Positions 9,902-20,496 are shown, counted from the first letter of the stretch. The stretch is 64,000 nucleotides of DNA from a virus (IMGVR_UViG_3300009551_000007:17753-81752); one strand, 5' to 3'. Notes: generated by a model not told the origin, from the sequence alone. Translations and numbers: made by a program.

Positions 9902-10204
9902 TTAAGATTCGACCGCCTCCTTATGGGTCATAAGATTCACGACGTGCTGGTAGTGGAGCTTCCTATTTATCCGGGTCGACAAGAGTTCGTGGCCGATGGT
10001 CCGGAGCTTCTTCCTGATCTCGAACATGTGCTTAATCAGGTGACTATTGTCCGCCAGTTCGTCGATGCATTTCAGTAGCTCGGTCGACTCGTGGGGCCGG
10101 CCGTCCGACAGCACGCGAACGAGCTTGGCTTGCATCTTCGTGAGGGTAATTCCCCTCAGGAGGTCCGCGTCGGGGTGGTCATTAACTTGAGGCTTGTGCT
10201 TCAT
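9902..10204 (-). CDS. putative winged-helix DNA-binding protein
   Basis: LTKMQAKLVRVLSDGRPHESTELL...IKHMFEIRKKL resembles an OmpR-type wHTH. Confidence 0.5.
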   Translation of the reverse strand: MKHKPQVNDHPDADLLRGITLTKMQAKLVRVLSDGRPHESTELLKCIDELADNSHLIKHMFEIRKKLRTIGHELLSTRINRKLHYQHVVNLMTHKEAVES

Positions 10205-10415
10205 AGTCTTCTCCTGTGGCGGTGATTTCGTAACTCACTTCCGTCTCGTCGGGCGCCAGTATCGGGTCGCCAGTAAGCATGGCTTCAATCCACGCATTGG
10301 CCTCGCCCTCGGTGTCCGCTTGCGGTGCGCCCATGTCGGCGAGTGCGAGCTTCCCGCCGGCCTTCTGTTGGGCGGTGAACAGGTCGTCGGTCGGGAGGAT
10401 GTTCGGGGTAGCCAT
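10182..10415 (-). CDS. small acidic protein, candidate immunity protein for the MuF toxin
   Basis: 77 aa, directly downstream of MuF-ART, with AGGAGA RBS; function inferred from position only. Confidence 0.35.
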   Translation of the reverse strand: MATPNILPTDDLFTAQQKAGGKLALADMGAPQADTEGEANAWIEAMLTGDPILAPDETEVSYEITATGEDYEAQASS

Positions 10416-10442
10416 GGTATAGTCTCCTGAGGGGAACTAGTA

Positions 10443-13400
10443 TCACTTGAGTTCGATGCCTGTTTTGGGGGACAGGCCGCCCGTGAGTTGGTTCATATGT
10501 ATGTGGAGCTTGTCGCCGACCTTTTCCACCTTAGTGACTTGGTACTGGGCGTTATGGTTGATCAATAGCTCCGTCTCGGTGGGAAAGTGCGAGTACGGGC
10601 GGACGTCGAGACCGTGTATGGCTTGGATCACGAACTGGACGTTGCCGTTGAATGCTTTATCAGTGGACGTCGAGGTGAACCCCGGCATCGTCGCGGCGGT
10701 CTTACCGTCTATCGACGCTTGTGCTGCACTTTGGAGTCGCTTCAGCGTCGCCTCGTCCACGCTAATGCCCCGCTTCACCTGAATTGGGGGCGGGCCGAAC
10801 GGCTTGGCTGCAGCGAACTGCTTCTGTAAGTCGTTGTACATGTCCGGACCGTTCTTATTCGGCTTACTCCCCGCACCACCGAACTTGCCTTTAGGCGGCT
10901 TGTCGGTGTTCCGGAGCGACTCGTTCATTGGCCCGTCGTAGCCCCAGGTGTAATTATTGATATGGGAGGCGGTCCGTTCGTCGGCCACGGGCGGTCGCGT
11001 ATGGTCCGGTAACTTCGAGTTCGGCTCACCCGTCACCGCGTCGTCTTTCGCGTGTACCGCTTTGATGTGGGGGTTTTGTGCCTCGAACGCCAATGTTGAC
11101 TTCGTGTCGTACTGGCCGGCGTTCGGGTCGAGCACGTGAGCGGTCGGCGAATTGTGAATTGTCGGTAGTTCCGAGGGCGATTTACTCCCGTGTATGACTT
11201 GGTTGTCATGGGTCTTAGCGTGGTTACTGTTGCCGTTCGCTTTAATATTGATGCGTGACGCCGCTTGCAGCCTGCCGGTTACGTGACTGAGATCATTGGC
11301 CAGATTTAAGTTGGCACCGAAATACGCCGCCACGCTCTTGATTTGGTCGGGGCTCAGGTTCGTTAGGTGCTTGGCTATGTCGTCGGTCTTGCTATTGCCT
11401 ACCGGCATGCTATGGAAATCTGCCTCTATCGCGTGAATGGCTTTCTTAGCTTCAGGGGTAACGTGGGCAAGTTTAGCAGCGTCACCGAGGACGTGATGAC
11501 CGTGCTCGTTCTTGGGGGCGGACTGCGTCGTGGCCGTCGAACCCGGCGGGAACGGGAGGTCATGTAGGTTCGGCTTGGGCATCGTCGCCGCCGTCTGACC
11601 GACCGGGCTATTGTGTTCGGTCGCGGTCGGCGGGAGCGGCGGCGCGGCCTTCTTCACCGACGTGACGACCGCACTGTGGCCCGCTACGGCCGCAATCGCT
11701 TCCGGCGTGATGTCTTTCTTCGTGACGTACTTGCCGGTGATCTTCGTGCCCGCTGGGAGTACCTTACCCAGCTTCTCCAGCTGCTTCGCGTTCTCCTTAC
11801 CCACTGGGATTGTCGGGGCTTTGAACTTGCCGTCCTGAATGCCGTTCGGGTTCAGCAGGGCGATTTTATGGAGGTCCAGTTCGGTGAACGCAGCACCACT
11901 GGCCTTGAGGTGAGCAACTAGACCGGACGCCGAGCTCAAGTCATGCGTGCCGCCCGAATGGGACGGGGACGTAACCGGGGGCGAATGGACCGGTGGGGTA
12001 GGCGTCGGCGGCGGCGACACGGGCGGATGACTAACGGCGGGCGGTCCGGACGGCGGATGAGCGGTCGGCGCGTGAGACGGTGACCCGTGGACGGGGTTCG
12101 GTAGAGGTAGCCCGGCGTGAATCGTCGCAGTGCCCGACTCGCCCTTGAAAGTGATATGGACGAACCCGGCTTGGGTATGGGACACGGACGCGACCTCTTT
12201 CACTTTACCCGATGCACCCGTGTACTTGTCCCCCGGCTTCAGTTCGCCGTAGGTCTTCGGGTCATGATGAGCGAAGGTGCAACCCGGCCCACTGAACTGG
12301 TTGCAGCCCTTTGGGTTATTGTTGATAATGAAAGCGTCGATGGTGCCGAGTGCCGCACTGAGGAGGTTATTGATTGGCACGTTAGACGGCTGTTCGGGCG
12401 CGAAGGTGTTTAGGCCGGTGACGAACTTGCGGTCACCGTTAGCATTGTCTTGGGTCGGCATGAAGTCGCGTAACATGAGGTCGATTCCCTCCACTGGGCA
12501 GGTACATTGTTCGTGGGCTTGGTTGACGAGCGGCCCGTCGGGGCGGGCGACGGCCACCGGCGTGTTCACAAAGAATTCGTCGCCGCCGGCCTTGTCGGAC
12601 TTTATGAACGCGCTGACGATCTTACCTTTCGTGTCCTTGGTCCCTTTACCCGTCTGACCCAGATTCGGCACCCAGGCACAACGACAGCGCGGGTGACGGG
12701 GAATCTTGCCGCGTGCTTCGGCCACCGTTAGAACGACGCCGCCTAACGGGGCACACAGAGGGCATACGCGACCGTCGTGAGCCGTCGTCCATTCGACTGC
12801 GACGCCGACCGTCTCGATGCCCATGCGGTCGAAAGCGTCCAACTGACCCTCGGCATGTGCCCGGATGATCTCGGTGCGGGCGATCACGACGGCGCGGGTC
12901 TTCGTTAGTCCGATCTGCTTCACCATCTGGCGTGCGATTTCGTCGGGCGAACTGCCGGCAGTCAACCCGTCGGCGAGGACGCGCGCCAGATCGGTCGACA
13001 TCTGTTCGTTAATCCCGTCGAGGTGAGTGAACGTCCGCGTGACGAGGAAATTCACCTTTTCGACGGGCGTCTTTAGACCGAACGACTGTTTCAAGAACTC
13101 GTCCTTGGCCTGGTCGATTTCCTTACCTTGGGCCTTGTCCGCGGCACGGACGTCGCCGAACGCTTTACCGACGCCCTTCAGGTACGCTTGCTTCACGTAA
13201 TCGAGCCAAGACGCCTTCTCGGTCGGGCCACTCACGAGCGTCTTAATCTTGGTTTTCACCCAGTCGAGGAACCCACTCACCTTGTCGGCGAGCGACGAGA
13301 ACTGCCATGCGTTCGTTGTGAACGGGTTCGGTGCCGGCTTCAGGCCGAATGCGTCGGCTGAAACGACGAGTTGCTTGATCTCGGCGGCTAGGAGGTTGTA

Positions 13401-13544
13401 CCGCTTACCGGCGAACGCCACAAGCGCGTTCCGGAGCGAGATAGTGCGGGTCGGGTCGAGGTTGGCTGCCGTCGCCGAAGTGATCGCGAGCTTAGCGGGC
13501 GGTAAACGTGACGCGCCCCGCATAAGACGTTTACGCATACTCAC
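10443..13544 (-). CDS. MuF (SPP1 gp7-like) minor head protein with C-terminal ADP-ribosyltransferase toxin domain
   Basis: IARTEIIRA...DGRVCPLC...HPRCRC (MuF); C-terminal YT..MNESLR, KRG, FTSTS, ETE (R-S-E ART signature). Confidence 0.85.
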   Translation of the reverse strand: MSMRKRLMRGASRLPPAKLAITSATAANLDPTRTISLRNALVAFAGKRYNLLAAEIKQLVVSADAFGLKPAPNPFTTNAWQFSSLADKVSGFLDWVKTKIKTLVSGPTEKASWLDYVKQAYLKGVGKAFGDVRAADKAQGKEIDQAKDEFLKQSFGLKTPVEKVNFLVTRTFTHLDGINEQMSTDLARVLADGLTAGSSPDEIARQMVKQIGLTKTRAVVIARTEIIRAHAEGQLDAFDRMGIETVGVAVEWTTAHDGRVCPLCAPLGGVVLTVAEARGKIPRHPRCRCAWVPNLGQTGKGTKDTKGKIVSAFIKSDKAGGDEFFVNTPVAVARPDGPLVNQAHEQCTCPVEGIDLMLRDFMPTQDNANGDRKFVTGLNTFAPEQPSNVPINNLLSAALGTIDAFIINNNPKGCNQFSGPGCTFAHHDPKTYGELKPGDKYTGASGKVKEVASVSHTQAGFVHITFKGESGTATIHAGLPLPNPVHGSPSHAPTAHPPSGPPAVSHPPVSPPPTPTPPVHSPPVTSPSHSGGTHDLSSASGLVAHLKASGAAFTELDLHKIALLNPNGIQDGKFKAPTIPVGKENAKQLEKLGKVLPAGTKITGKYVTKKDITPEAIAAVAGHSAVVTSVKKAAPPLPPTATEHNSPVGQTAATMPKPNLHDLPFPPGSTATTQSAPKNEHGHHVLGDAAKLAHVTPEAKKAIHAIEADFHSMPVGNSKTDDIAKHLTNLSPDQIKSVAAYFGANLNLANDLSHVTGRLQAASRINIKANGNSNHAKTHDNQVIHGSKSPSELPTIHNSPTAHVLDPNAGQYDTKSTLAFEAQNPHIKAVHAKDDAVTGEPNSKLPDHTRPPVADERTASHINNYTWGYDGPMNESLRNTDKPPKGKFGGAGSKPNKNGPDMYNDLQKQFAAAKPFGPPPIQVKRGISVDEATLKRLQSAAQASIDGKTAATMPGFTSTSTDKAFNGNVQFVIQAIHGLDVRPYSHFPTETELLINHNAQYQVTKVEKVGDKLHIHMNQLTGGLSPKTGIELK

Positions 13545-15209
13545 TTACCTCCCAACTGGCCGGAAGCTGCGGCGTCGGACGCGGCCGCGCTTCCCTGGGA
13601 AGAACCTACCGACCCTTGTTGTGATGGGTTGGGTTGGGAGGCGTCGGGGCCGATGGGGTTGCCGTTGGCGTCCACTTGTTGGGATACCACCGCTTGTGCT
13701 TGTTCTTCGGCCTGGGCCTGGGCGTTCGCCTTGTCCGCGTTGTCGACGATGGACTTCGCCTCCTCCATGTCGAACTGTTGCACGAGCGTCCAGTAGTCGA
13801 GCGGCGTGATGTATTGCTGCAAGCCGCCGGTCGAGTACGCGGTCAGGCCTTGGGTTATCGTGAGTGCTGCCTGTGCCTTCTCTTGGTCGCTCTTGCTCGT
13901 GAGGTCGGGCCATTCGACCTTGTAACCGTCGGCCGGTTCCGAGAGGACGCCCAGGTAGATCAGGCGGTCCACGAACGGGATGACGATGCGGGGAGTGATG
14001 TAGTTGTCTTGTCGCTCACTCAGCCGGTCGTTCCATGCCTTGTCGTCTTGGTTCGAGGCGAGTTCGCCGCGCTCCGAACCTTTGAAGATGCGGACGGGCA
14101 TGCCCATCTTGATACAAATGGTCTCGATCATCTTGTCGATCTGCGGGGACGGGTCAACCACCTGGGTCGGGAGCGAGGTGGCGTCCATGTTCTGGAGCGC
14201 GATCCATCGCTGGAGGTCGTTCTCGTACTTCCACATCATCTGACGGACTGCGGCCTTGTCGACGGGGATTTCTGCCGCCTGGGATTGCGTTTTCAGCGCG
14301 ATGCCGGCGAACGCGCCCTTCCAGTACATCTCAGGGCTGGAGAGGAGCAGCTTCATCAGGCCTTCGAGCGGGTACCACACTGGCCTCTGGCGTGGGACGG
14401 CGAGGAAGTCTATCGACGACGGCTGGTGATGAATATCGGCGACGTGGATGACGCGCGTCCAGTGGATCTCGGACGTAGAGTTGGGCGGGAGGACGCCGGA
14501 CGTCGACTCGAACCTGTCCTCTAGCGTCGCCGGCACTCGTCACCTGGTACGACAGTGGCCGCCCGTACCGGGGCGACGTCGGGTCAGTGTCGTACTTACT
14601 AATCTTGCATTCGTAGTCGGAGTACACCTGTAGGAAGTTGAGTTTCTGCCCCTTCCTAGGCTTGGCGGGCTGGAGGAGGTCGGCGGCACCGTCGGCGAGA
14701 CCGAGGAGGACCAGACCAAACTGACCGATGCCGCTCATAATGTCGGCGCGGGTTAATGGTTCCCATATGGCCGTGGCGTCGTCGTCATTGTAGTGCGACG
14801 GGATGCCGTTGGAGAGGAGCTGTTTCGATAGTGCCTTCCAGTCCTTCTCGAACGGCGTCGTCGCCTTGCCCGATTCCTTCTCGTACACGCACGGACACAC
14901 CTGCCATGACTCCTTCGGCAGTACCTCGACGACCCGCCCGCCGACCGGGTTGTACTGGAACATCTCCATGTACTTTTGCGGCGTCACGGTATGCGGTTCG
15001 TCGACACGACACGCCGAGTACAGGTTCCGCGACTTGTCGGACAGCGCGTTAATCAGCCAGTCCTGGCGTGACTGAATATTGACGACGAGGTGCCGTAACT
15101 GGGCGTCGTTCATGCTCTCGAAATTGGGCGCGAACCGGGGCGAGTAGTCGGCCGGCATTTCCGGGTACGCACTACCGGTCGCGTTAGCCGTGCCGTTTCC
15201 TTCGGACAT
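13541..15209 (-). CDS. portal protein (DUF1073-like), split by a +1 frameshift near 14540
   Basis: N-part (from 15209) reads to YGRPLSYQVT; IHWTRVIH...GSERGELASNQD...VEWPDL continues in the +1 frame (13541..14536). Confidence 0.75.
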
Positions 15210-15281
15210 GTCTACCTTTCGCTTAGGGGAGATCGTGCCGCTACGAACGAACGGCGTGCCAGAAACCGGGTTTAACCTTGA

Positions 15282-15641
15282 TCACATCGGCTTCGGGTTT
15301 AACCCGGCCGCGCCCCGTTTCGCGGCGTCTTCGACCGACTGCCATACCGCGACGTCTTCGGCGTAGTACGCCTCGAACATGGCACGGACCGCTTCGATGG
15401 CGGCCTGCTCGCTCGTACCCGGTTCGACGTCGTGCTGGAATAGGGGGTAGTATTTTCCACCCACGACCATCTTGTCTACGTGCCCGTCGCGGACCCAAAT
15501 CACCTTCGACCGCCCGCCGTCCCACGGCACGAGGTACTCGTGGACCGTCATGCCCTTGTGAGTGAAGACACACCTCGGTAGCACCTTGCCGGCTATCAAT
15601 CGGTCGGCGATTGATTCGTCCGTCGTGTCGCCCTTCGCCAT
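15282..15641 (-). CDS. hypothetical protein
   Basis: ORF with AAGGTG RBS before MAKGDT. Confidence 0.45.
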   Translation of the reverse strand: MAKGDTTDESIADRLIAGKVLPRCVFTHKGMTVHEYLVPWDGGRSKVIWVRDGHVDKMVVGGKYYPLFQHDVEPGTSEQAAIEAVRAMFEAYYAEDVAVWQSVEDAAKRGAAGLNPKPM

Positions 15642-15712
15642 GATATCACCTTTTGAGTTGAGTGGGCGAACCCGTATCGTAGTACGGGCGGCTAGACCCA
15701 ACTAGGGTTGAA

Positions 15713-15958
15713 TTAAAACATCGGCTTCTTGTCGTCCTTGTACCGTTCGAGTTGCTTCTTCTCCTCAGATAGTTTCTTATTGGCCTCCTTGAGAGAGGCG
15801 ACGTCCGACAAGAGGCGGTCGCGCTGGAACGCGAGCCGCCGAAACACGTTGATTGCCTTCTCATTCAGCCGACCGTACCTGGCGGCTTCGAGGACCGCCG
15901 CGAGTTCGACGTCACTCGGCGGGTCTTCGAGGAACGTCATGTTGCTACCGTCGCTCAT
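15713..15958 (-). CDS. hypothetical coiled-coil protein
   Basis: AAGGAG RBS; 81 aa. Confidence 0.5.
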   Translation of the reverse strand: MSDGSNMTFLEDPPSDVELAAVLEAARYGRLNEKAINVFRRLAFQRDRLLSDVASLKEANKKLSEEKKQLERYKDDKKPMF

Positions 15959-15982
15959 TCTAGCTCCTTGGTTAGTCGTCAG

Positions 15983-17689
15983 CTATGAGGCACATATGCC
16001 TGCTTTACAGTCGTCGGGCTTGGCCATGTCGGACGGCTCGTAGGTTTCTTCGATCTCCTCGCCGATGCGCTGGACTGCTTCCTTCCAACTCACACGGTTG
16101 AGGGGTTGACCGCCGCGACATTCGTCCGGGTAGGCGGTAATGCCCCTCAGTGTCGGCAGGTACTTAAGGAGTTTATCACCGAACGACTTAATCGTGCCCT
16201 CATTGTTCACCGAGCTGCCCCACTTCGGAATGTTGATCGTCGAGGCGATGCCCTGGTCGACGTAGGATTGCATGTCGGACTGGAACTTGATGCGGCGCTC
16301 GACGTCCTCTGCGAGTTCGTAGGCGTCCTCGATGAGTGCCGGGTCGGTCTTCTTGTCGTTGATGATCCTGGCTGCGGTCGCGTCGATCACGTACTGGTAG
16401 ACCGACTTGTTGCCGTCCCGTAAGTACCGGCGCTTGTAGGCCACGGCGTAGATCGGTTCGATGCCGCTGGTGGTTTCGGCGACGATTGAGATGGTCCCGG
16501 TCGGCGCGATGGACCGACAAGCGACCGGGCGGGCGATGCCGAACTTGTCGGCGAAGTCGTCGGCGGCTTTTCGCGTGAGGGTCTCGTACACCGTCATCCA
16601 CTTACCCAGTTCGCTCATGTCGCCGTACCGGTAGCCGCGCGCGAGGAGCCATTCGTGCACGCCCATTAACCCCAGTCCAATCCGGCGGTTCTTCTCGCGG
16701 ACGACAGCCATCCTGTCCGTCGGCATCTTGCTGTACAATGTCCCGCAAAGTAAGAACAGCACCAGGTCGGGTATCGCGTCGGCGAACTGTTCAATCGTGG
16801 AGAACCGTGCCATGTTGATCGAACCGAGGTTACAGCAGTCGGAGTCGTCGTGGCTGTCGACCTCCGTACAGGCGTTTCGGAGGTCACTGAGGTGGCCGTG
16901 GAGGTCGGGGTCCATCATGTCGACCGAGAAGCCCGGTTCGGCGGTCTCGCACATCTGTCGGACCACTAGCCAGTAGACCTTACAGGCCCATTCATGCGTG
17001 ACGACGTGTTCGCCGGCCCAATGACGGTAGACCTTTCTCCAGTTCGGGTCGGCCATGGCGGCGAAGAAGTCGCGGTCCAGTCCGACGGAGATGTTGGTGC
17101 CGTCCATTGGCGCCGGGAACAGGAAGTTCTTCGCCTTCTCCCGCTTATACACTTCAGCCCAATTCTTCATGCCAACGTACTTGAAAACGTCTGGGTGAGC
17201 CCAGTGCAGGCCGGCCCAGATCGCCGCACGCCGCGACCCGCCTTGCATAATGTGGCGACCGGCTTCGTTGACCATCTGCATGAGCGACAATGGGCCGGTC
17301 GAAGTGCCACCCATGCCGCGAATGTACGCGCCCTCGTGCCGCAGACCGGAGTACACGCAGCCGACGCCGCCGCCGGTCATTAACGCCGACGTCACCTTAT
17401 GCATCAAGTCTGCCCAGCCCTCGCGGGAGTCTTCGGCGCGAAACAGGAAGCAGTTGTTGACTTGCGGGTAGGGTCGGCCCGACGAGTACAGGTAGCGACC
17501 ACCGGGCATGAACATGCGGTCTTGTATGTAGCCGACGACTTTATGCGTCGCCTCGGGCGCGTACCCGTCCATGACGCTGTGAGCCACTCTCCGGGCCGTG
17601 TCGGGCCATTCCTCCTTCATGTTCGTGTTGATACTGTGGGAGTATTTGCTGAGGTAAATCGACCGGGCGAACTCAGACATAGGCACCAT
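15983..17689 (-). CDS. nrdJ: class II (adenosylcobalamin-dependent) ribonucleotide reductase
   Basis: PGGRYL, NNCF, GGSRRAA, NACTE, CNLGSIN, IGLGLMG, SIAPTGTIS motifs; C-terminal Cys pair; no beta-subunit gene nearby. Confidence 0.85.
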   Translation of the reverse strand: MVPMSEFARSIYLSKYSHSINTNMKEEWPDTARRVAHSVMDGYAPEATHKVVGYIQDRMFMPGGRYLYSSGRPYPQVNNCFLFRAEDSREGWADLMHKVTSALMTGGGVGCVYSGLRHEGAYIRGMGGTSTGPLSLMQMVNEAGRHIMQGGSRRAAIWAGLHWAHPDVFKYVGMKNWAEVYKREKAKNFLFPAPMDGTNISVGLDRDFFAAMADPNWRKVYRHWAGEHVVTHEWACKVYWLVVRQMCETAEPGFSVDMMDPDLHGHLSDLRNACTEVDSHDDSDCCNLGSINMARFSTIEQFADAIPDLVLFLLCGTLYSKMPTDRMAVVREKNRRIGLGLMGVHEWLLARGYRYGDMSELGKWMTVYETLTRKAADDFADKFGIARPVACRSIAPTGTISIVAETTSGIEPIYAVAYKRRYLRDGNKSVYQYVIDATAARIINDKKTDPALIEDAYELAEDVERRIKFQSDMQSYVDQGIASTINIPKWGSSVNNEGTIKSFGDKLLKYLPTLRGITAYPDECRGGQPLNRVSWKEAVQRIGEEIEETYEPSDMAKPDDCKAGICAS

Positions 17690-17819
17690 GGTAGCCGTCT
17701 CCGTACAGCCCTCGCCCGTAGTGGGCGATAGGCGGGTTTTTCACAGGCGGATAAAAACTGAACGAGACGGTATAATACGAGATTTTGCTTTATCGCGTTT
17801 TCCCTAAATCCTTTCTCGC

Positions 17820-18698
17820 TCAACTCTTACGCTCGATACGGATGAATGGTTCGTCCACGATCAGTAACGTGGTGGGCGGCGTGTCCGAGGCGGTCTGATT
17901 GACTTCGCCCTTTGCGTAATGGAACGGAGTCTCCTGGGAGGAATTAACCGGTGCCGGAGTTGGTATGCTCTCTCGGTTCGGCATGTTGACGTAGCCATTA
18001 ACTGACCCGCCGCTAACAGTTTCGACTCGTTTGTCCTGTTCGGCTGCTGGTTCGCCCCTTTCGACGCCCATGAGCACGTCCGGCGGGACCGCGAAGCCTT
18101 TGATAGTGATTTGCTTGGCTTTGTCTAAGTCCCATTCGAGAGGTGGGTACTCGCTACATACTACGCCCTCGTGCCCTACGTGAACCTTCTCGACCTCCTC
18201 CCGCATCTTGAGTACGGCATAGTGAATGTCGTCCGGCTTCATGTCTTTCACTTCGTACCGCTTCCCGAAGTTGTCGACGAGAGTACAAGGGGACTTGACG
18301 ATGGGCGGGCCACTGGCGCGAAGCGTCTTCAGATCGAAGTTGAACGGGGCGTGGTGGATTGGCAATGGGAAGTCGAGACCGAGACGAGTGAAGAACGTCT
18401 CGCGGCGGCGTTCTAGCCGGACGCCCTCGAATATTAACTGTGAATCGAGGAGCGGCGGCGTCTCTAATGGTTTCAGTACCGGGAACGACGGATGGTAAAT
18501 GAGCAACTCGAACGAGCAGCTTTCCCAACTGGCGTTGACGGACACGACATGGGCGTCGGCGGGAATCTCCGAGCCACCAGCAGGCACGTACAAGCAAGAG
18601 CAGTTGCGCGAATCGCGAATCATGGTTAGCATTTCTCGCGCGCCGACGCGGACGCGCTTCACGCGGAGCAACTTCTCGTCAATCATTTCTTCGTTCAT
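17820..18698 (-). CDS. hypothetical protein
   Basis: 292 aa ORF with GGAG RBS between terL and nrdJ. Confidence 0.5.
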   Translation of the reverse strand: MNEEMIDEKLLRVKRVRVGAREMLTMIRDSRNCSCLYVPAGGSEIPADAHVVSVNASWESCSFELLIYHPSFPVLKPLETPPLLDSQLIFEGVRLERRRETFFTRLGLDFPLPIHHAPFNFDLKTLRASGPPIVKSPCTLVDNFGKRYEVKDMKPDDIHYAVLKMREEVEKVHVGHEGVVCSEYPPLEWDLDKAKQITIKGFAVPPDVLMGVERGEPAAEQDKRVETVSGGSVNGYVNMPNRESIPTPAPVNSSQETPFHYAKGEVNQTASDTPPTTLLIVDEPFIRIERKS

Positions 18699-18711
18699 CC
18701 GAATCTCCTAG

Positions 18712-20496
18712 TTAGAACCCGCCGGCGTACCCTGCGTTGGACGGGCGTTCGAGCATGGCATGAATCGCTAAGGCGAGCGAGTCGAGTTCGTCGGGCGAGC
18801 GACCGAGGAGCGACTTGAGCGTCTGCCCCTTGTAGTTCGGGTTGGGCTTATCTTTCGGGATCATGTAGGTGCGGCCCTCGGCGTCGATCTTCAGCGGTAT
18901 GGGCGACATTTGACGGTGGAGTTCGCCGTACTCACGGCCAATGCCGAACCCGTGGAGTTGTGTCCCTCCGAGGGTCGGCGACACTGTGTTCTCGGCGATC
19001 TCCGTGGCGCGGTACGCCATTGAGACACGGTCCAGTTCCACGCCGTCCTCACTGTACCGCTTTTCCTTCATCGTCTCGTATGCCGTGAGCGCGGCGGCAG
19101 CCTCTAGCCGCGACGGGTCGATCAGTTCGCGAATGGTTCCGTACAACTGTGCCCGACGGTTCTTGAACGAGTACCGCTGCTCGCGGATGCCGAGGCGCTC
19201 ACTCAGTGTCGACTTGCTCCGCTTCGGGTCGGTCGCTATCGGTTCGCCGAACGCCACGGTGCGGACGCCGTAGCCCTTCTCGCGGAGTGCGTCGGCGTGC
19301 TGCAGGCCGTTCCCACGGTCGAAGCAGACCAGTTCCGGCGCGAGGTCGAACTCCCTCATCATGGCTATGGTCATAGACGGGATCACGGCAGTGTTGGGCG
19401 TCTTATGCGACAACTGTTTCATCACGCCGTACCGGTCGACGATTGTCCATACCGTGTAGTCGCCGCCTTCCGCCGGGTCCACGCCCATGCCTTCCGCGGC
19501 GCGACGGATCAGGCCGCGCTTCACTTGATCGTCAATCCAGTCGGCCCATTCTTCGGCCTTGAGTGTCCAGTGCGGGGGATACAGCAGGACGTCGGCCCCC
19601 TTCCAGAACTTGGCGTGTAGCCCAATCGACTGGCGGATGAGGGGCCAGGTCTTCAGCCTCTCCTGGTACACGAACCACGGCATAACCCCCGGCACGATCA
19701 CCTCACCGGTCGGCTTCATACCGGCGGCGATCTGGGCACGGGCGTACTTCACGTTCGGCGAATCCTCGGCAGTGATCGTAATCACTTTACGTAGTTTACC
19801 CGGACGCGGGTCATCGGTCGGTCGCTCGACGTCGCCCGGCTTCTCCTTCGTGCCGTCCTCCCGCGAACCGCCCTCGACGGCGCGGTGAAAGAAGTTCTCA
19901 CACGGGAACGGGTTGCCGATGGCGAGGCGGCGATGTGCCCATGAATCCGCTGCGTCCCAACCTACGTCGTCGACGCCGGACGCTTCGTCAGCAATGAATA
20001 GCGTGCGTGGGACCGGCGGGAACTCGCCCGGCACTTCGGGCACATGGTGACCCAGTAAGCCTTCGCCCTTCTTCGCGACCCGGCCCCGCAGGTAGCTCTT
20101 GGGATGGAGTTTACCCTTGAGCGGTCCGTTCGTGTACACGCGGCGGATTTCCAGATCATTAACCAACAGTGGCCCGCCCTTGCTCGCCTCCAGCGGGAAC
20201 CGGGCGCTTTGAATCAGGTTCCGTATTTCCCCCCAGAGGACGCCGTTCAGCTGCATTTCGTCCACCGACGTCGTTATCACACGGCACGGGTAGCGGGTCA
20301 GGAAGAACCACAGTGCTATGAAGGCAGCAGTGAAGTCCTTCCCTAGCATGTTACCGGCCACGCAGACCGTGTCGCGGTTGTCCTGCACGGAGTATATCAG
20401 TTCACGCTCTCGGTCGTAGAACTGAATATGCGGCCACATGATCCGCTGGAAGCGGAGCGGGTCGACAATGTAGGTGAAGTTGTTACGGTCGGCCAT
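18712..20496 (-). CDS. terminase large subunit
   Basis: AGNMLGKD (Walker A), FIADEASG (Walker B), IGNP, GVDPAEGGD and SPDELDSL nuclease motifs; likely start MADRNN overlapping the upstream TAA. Confidence 0.85.
   Translation of the reverse strand: MADRNNFTYIVDPLRFQRIMWPHIQFYDRERELIYSVQDNRDTVCVAGNMLGKDFTAAFIALWFFLTRYPCRVITTSVDEMQLNGVLWGEIRNLIQSARFPLEASKGGPLLVNDLEIRRVYTNGPLKGKLHPKSYLRGRVAKKGEGLLGHHVPEVPGEFPPVPRTLFIADEASGVDDVGWDAADSWAHRRLAIGNPFPCENFFHRAVEGGSREDGTKEKPGDVERPTDDPRPGKLRKVITITAEDSPNVKYARAQIAAGMKPTGEVIVPGVMPWFVYQERLKTWPLIRQSIGLHAKFWKGADVLLYPPHWTLKAEEWADWIDDQVKRGLIRRAAEGMGVDPAEGGDYTVWTIVDRYGVMKQLSHKTPNTAVIPSMTIAMMREFDLAPELVCFDRGNGLQHADALREKGYGVRTVAFGEPIATDPKRSKSTLSERLGIREQRYSFKNRRAQLYGTIRELIDPSRLEAAAALTAYETMKEKRYSEDGVELDRVSMAYRATEIAENTVSPTLGGTQLHGFGIGREYGELHRQMSPIPLKIDAEGRTYMIPKDKPNPNYKGQTLKSLLGRSPDELDSLALAIHAMLERPSNAGYAGGF

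Noticed and set aside
8236-14524. Long plus-strand ORFs (e.g. 8236..9423, 13634..14524)
   Set aside because: Antisense shadows of GC-rich genes, with no motifs or RBS
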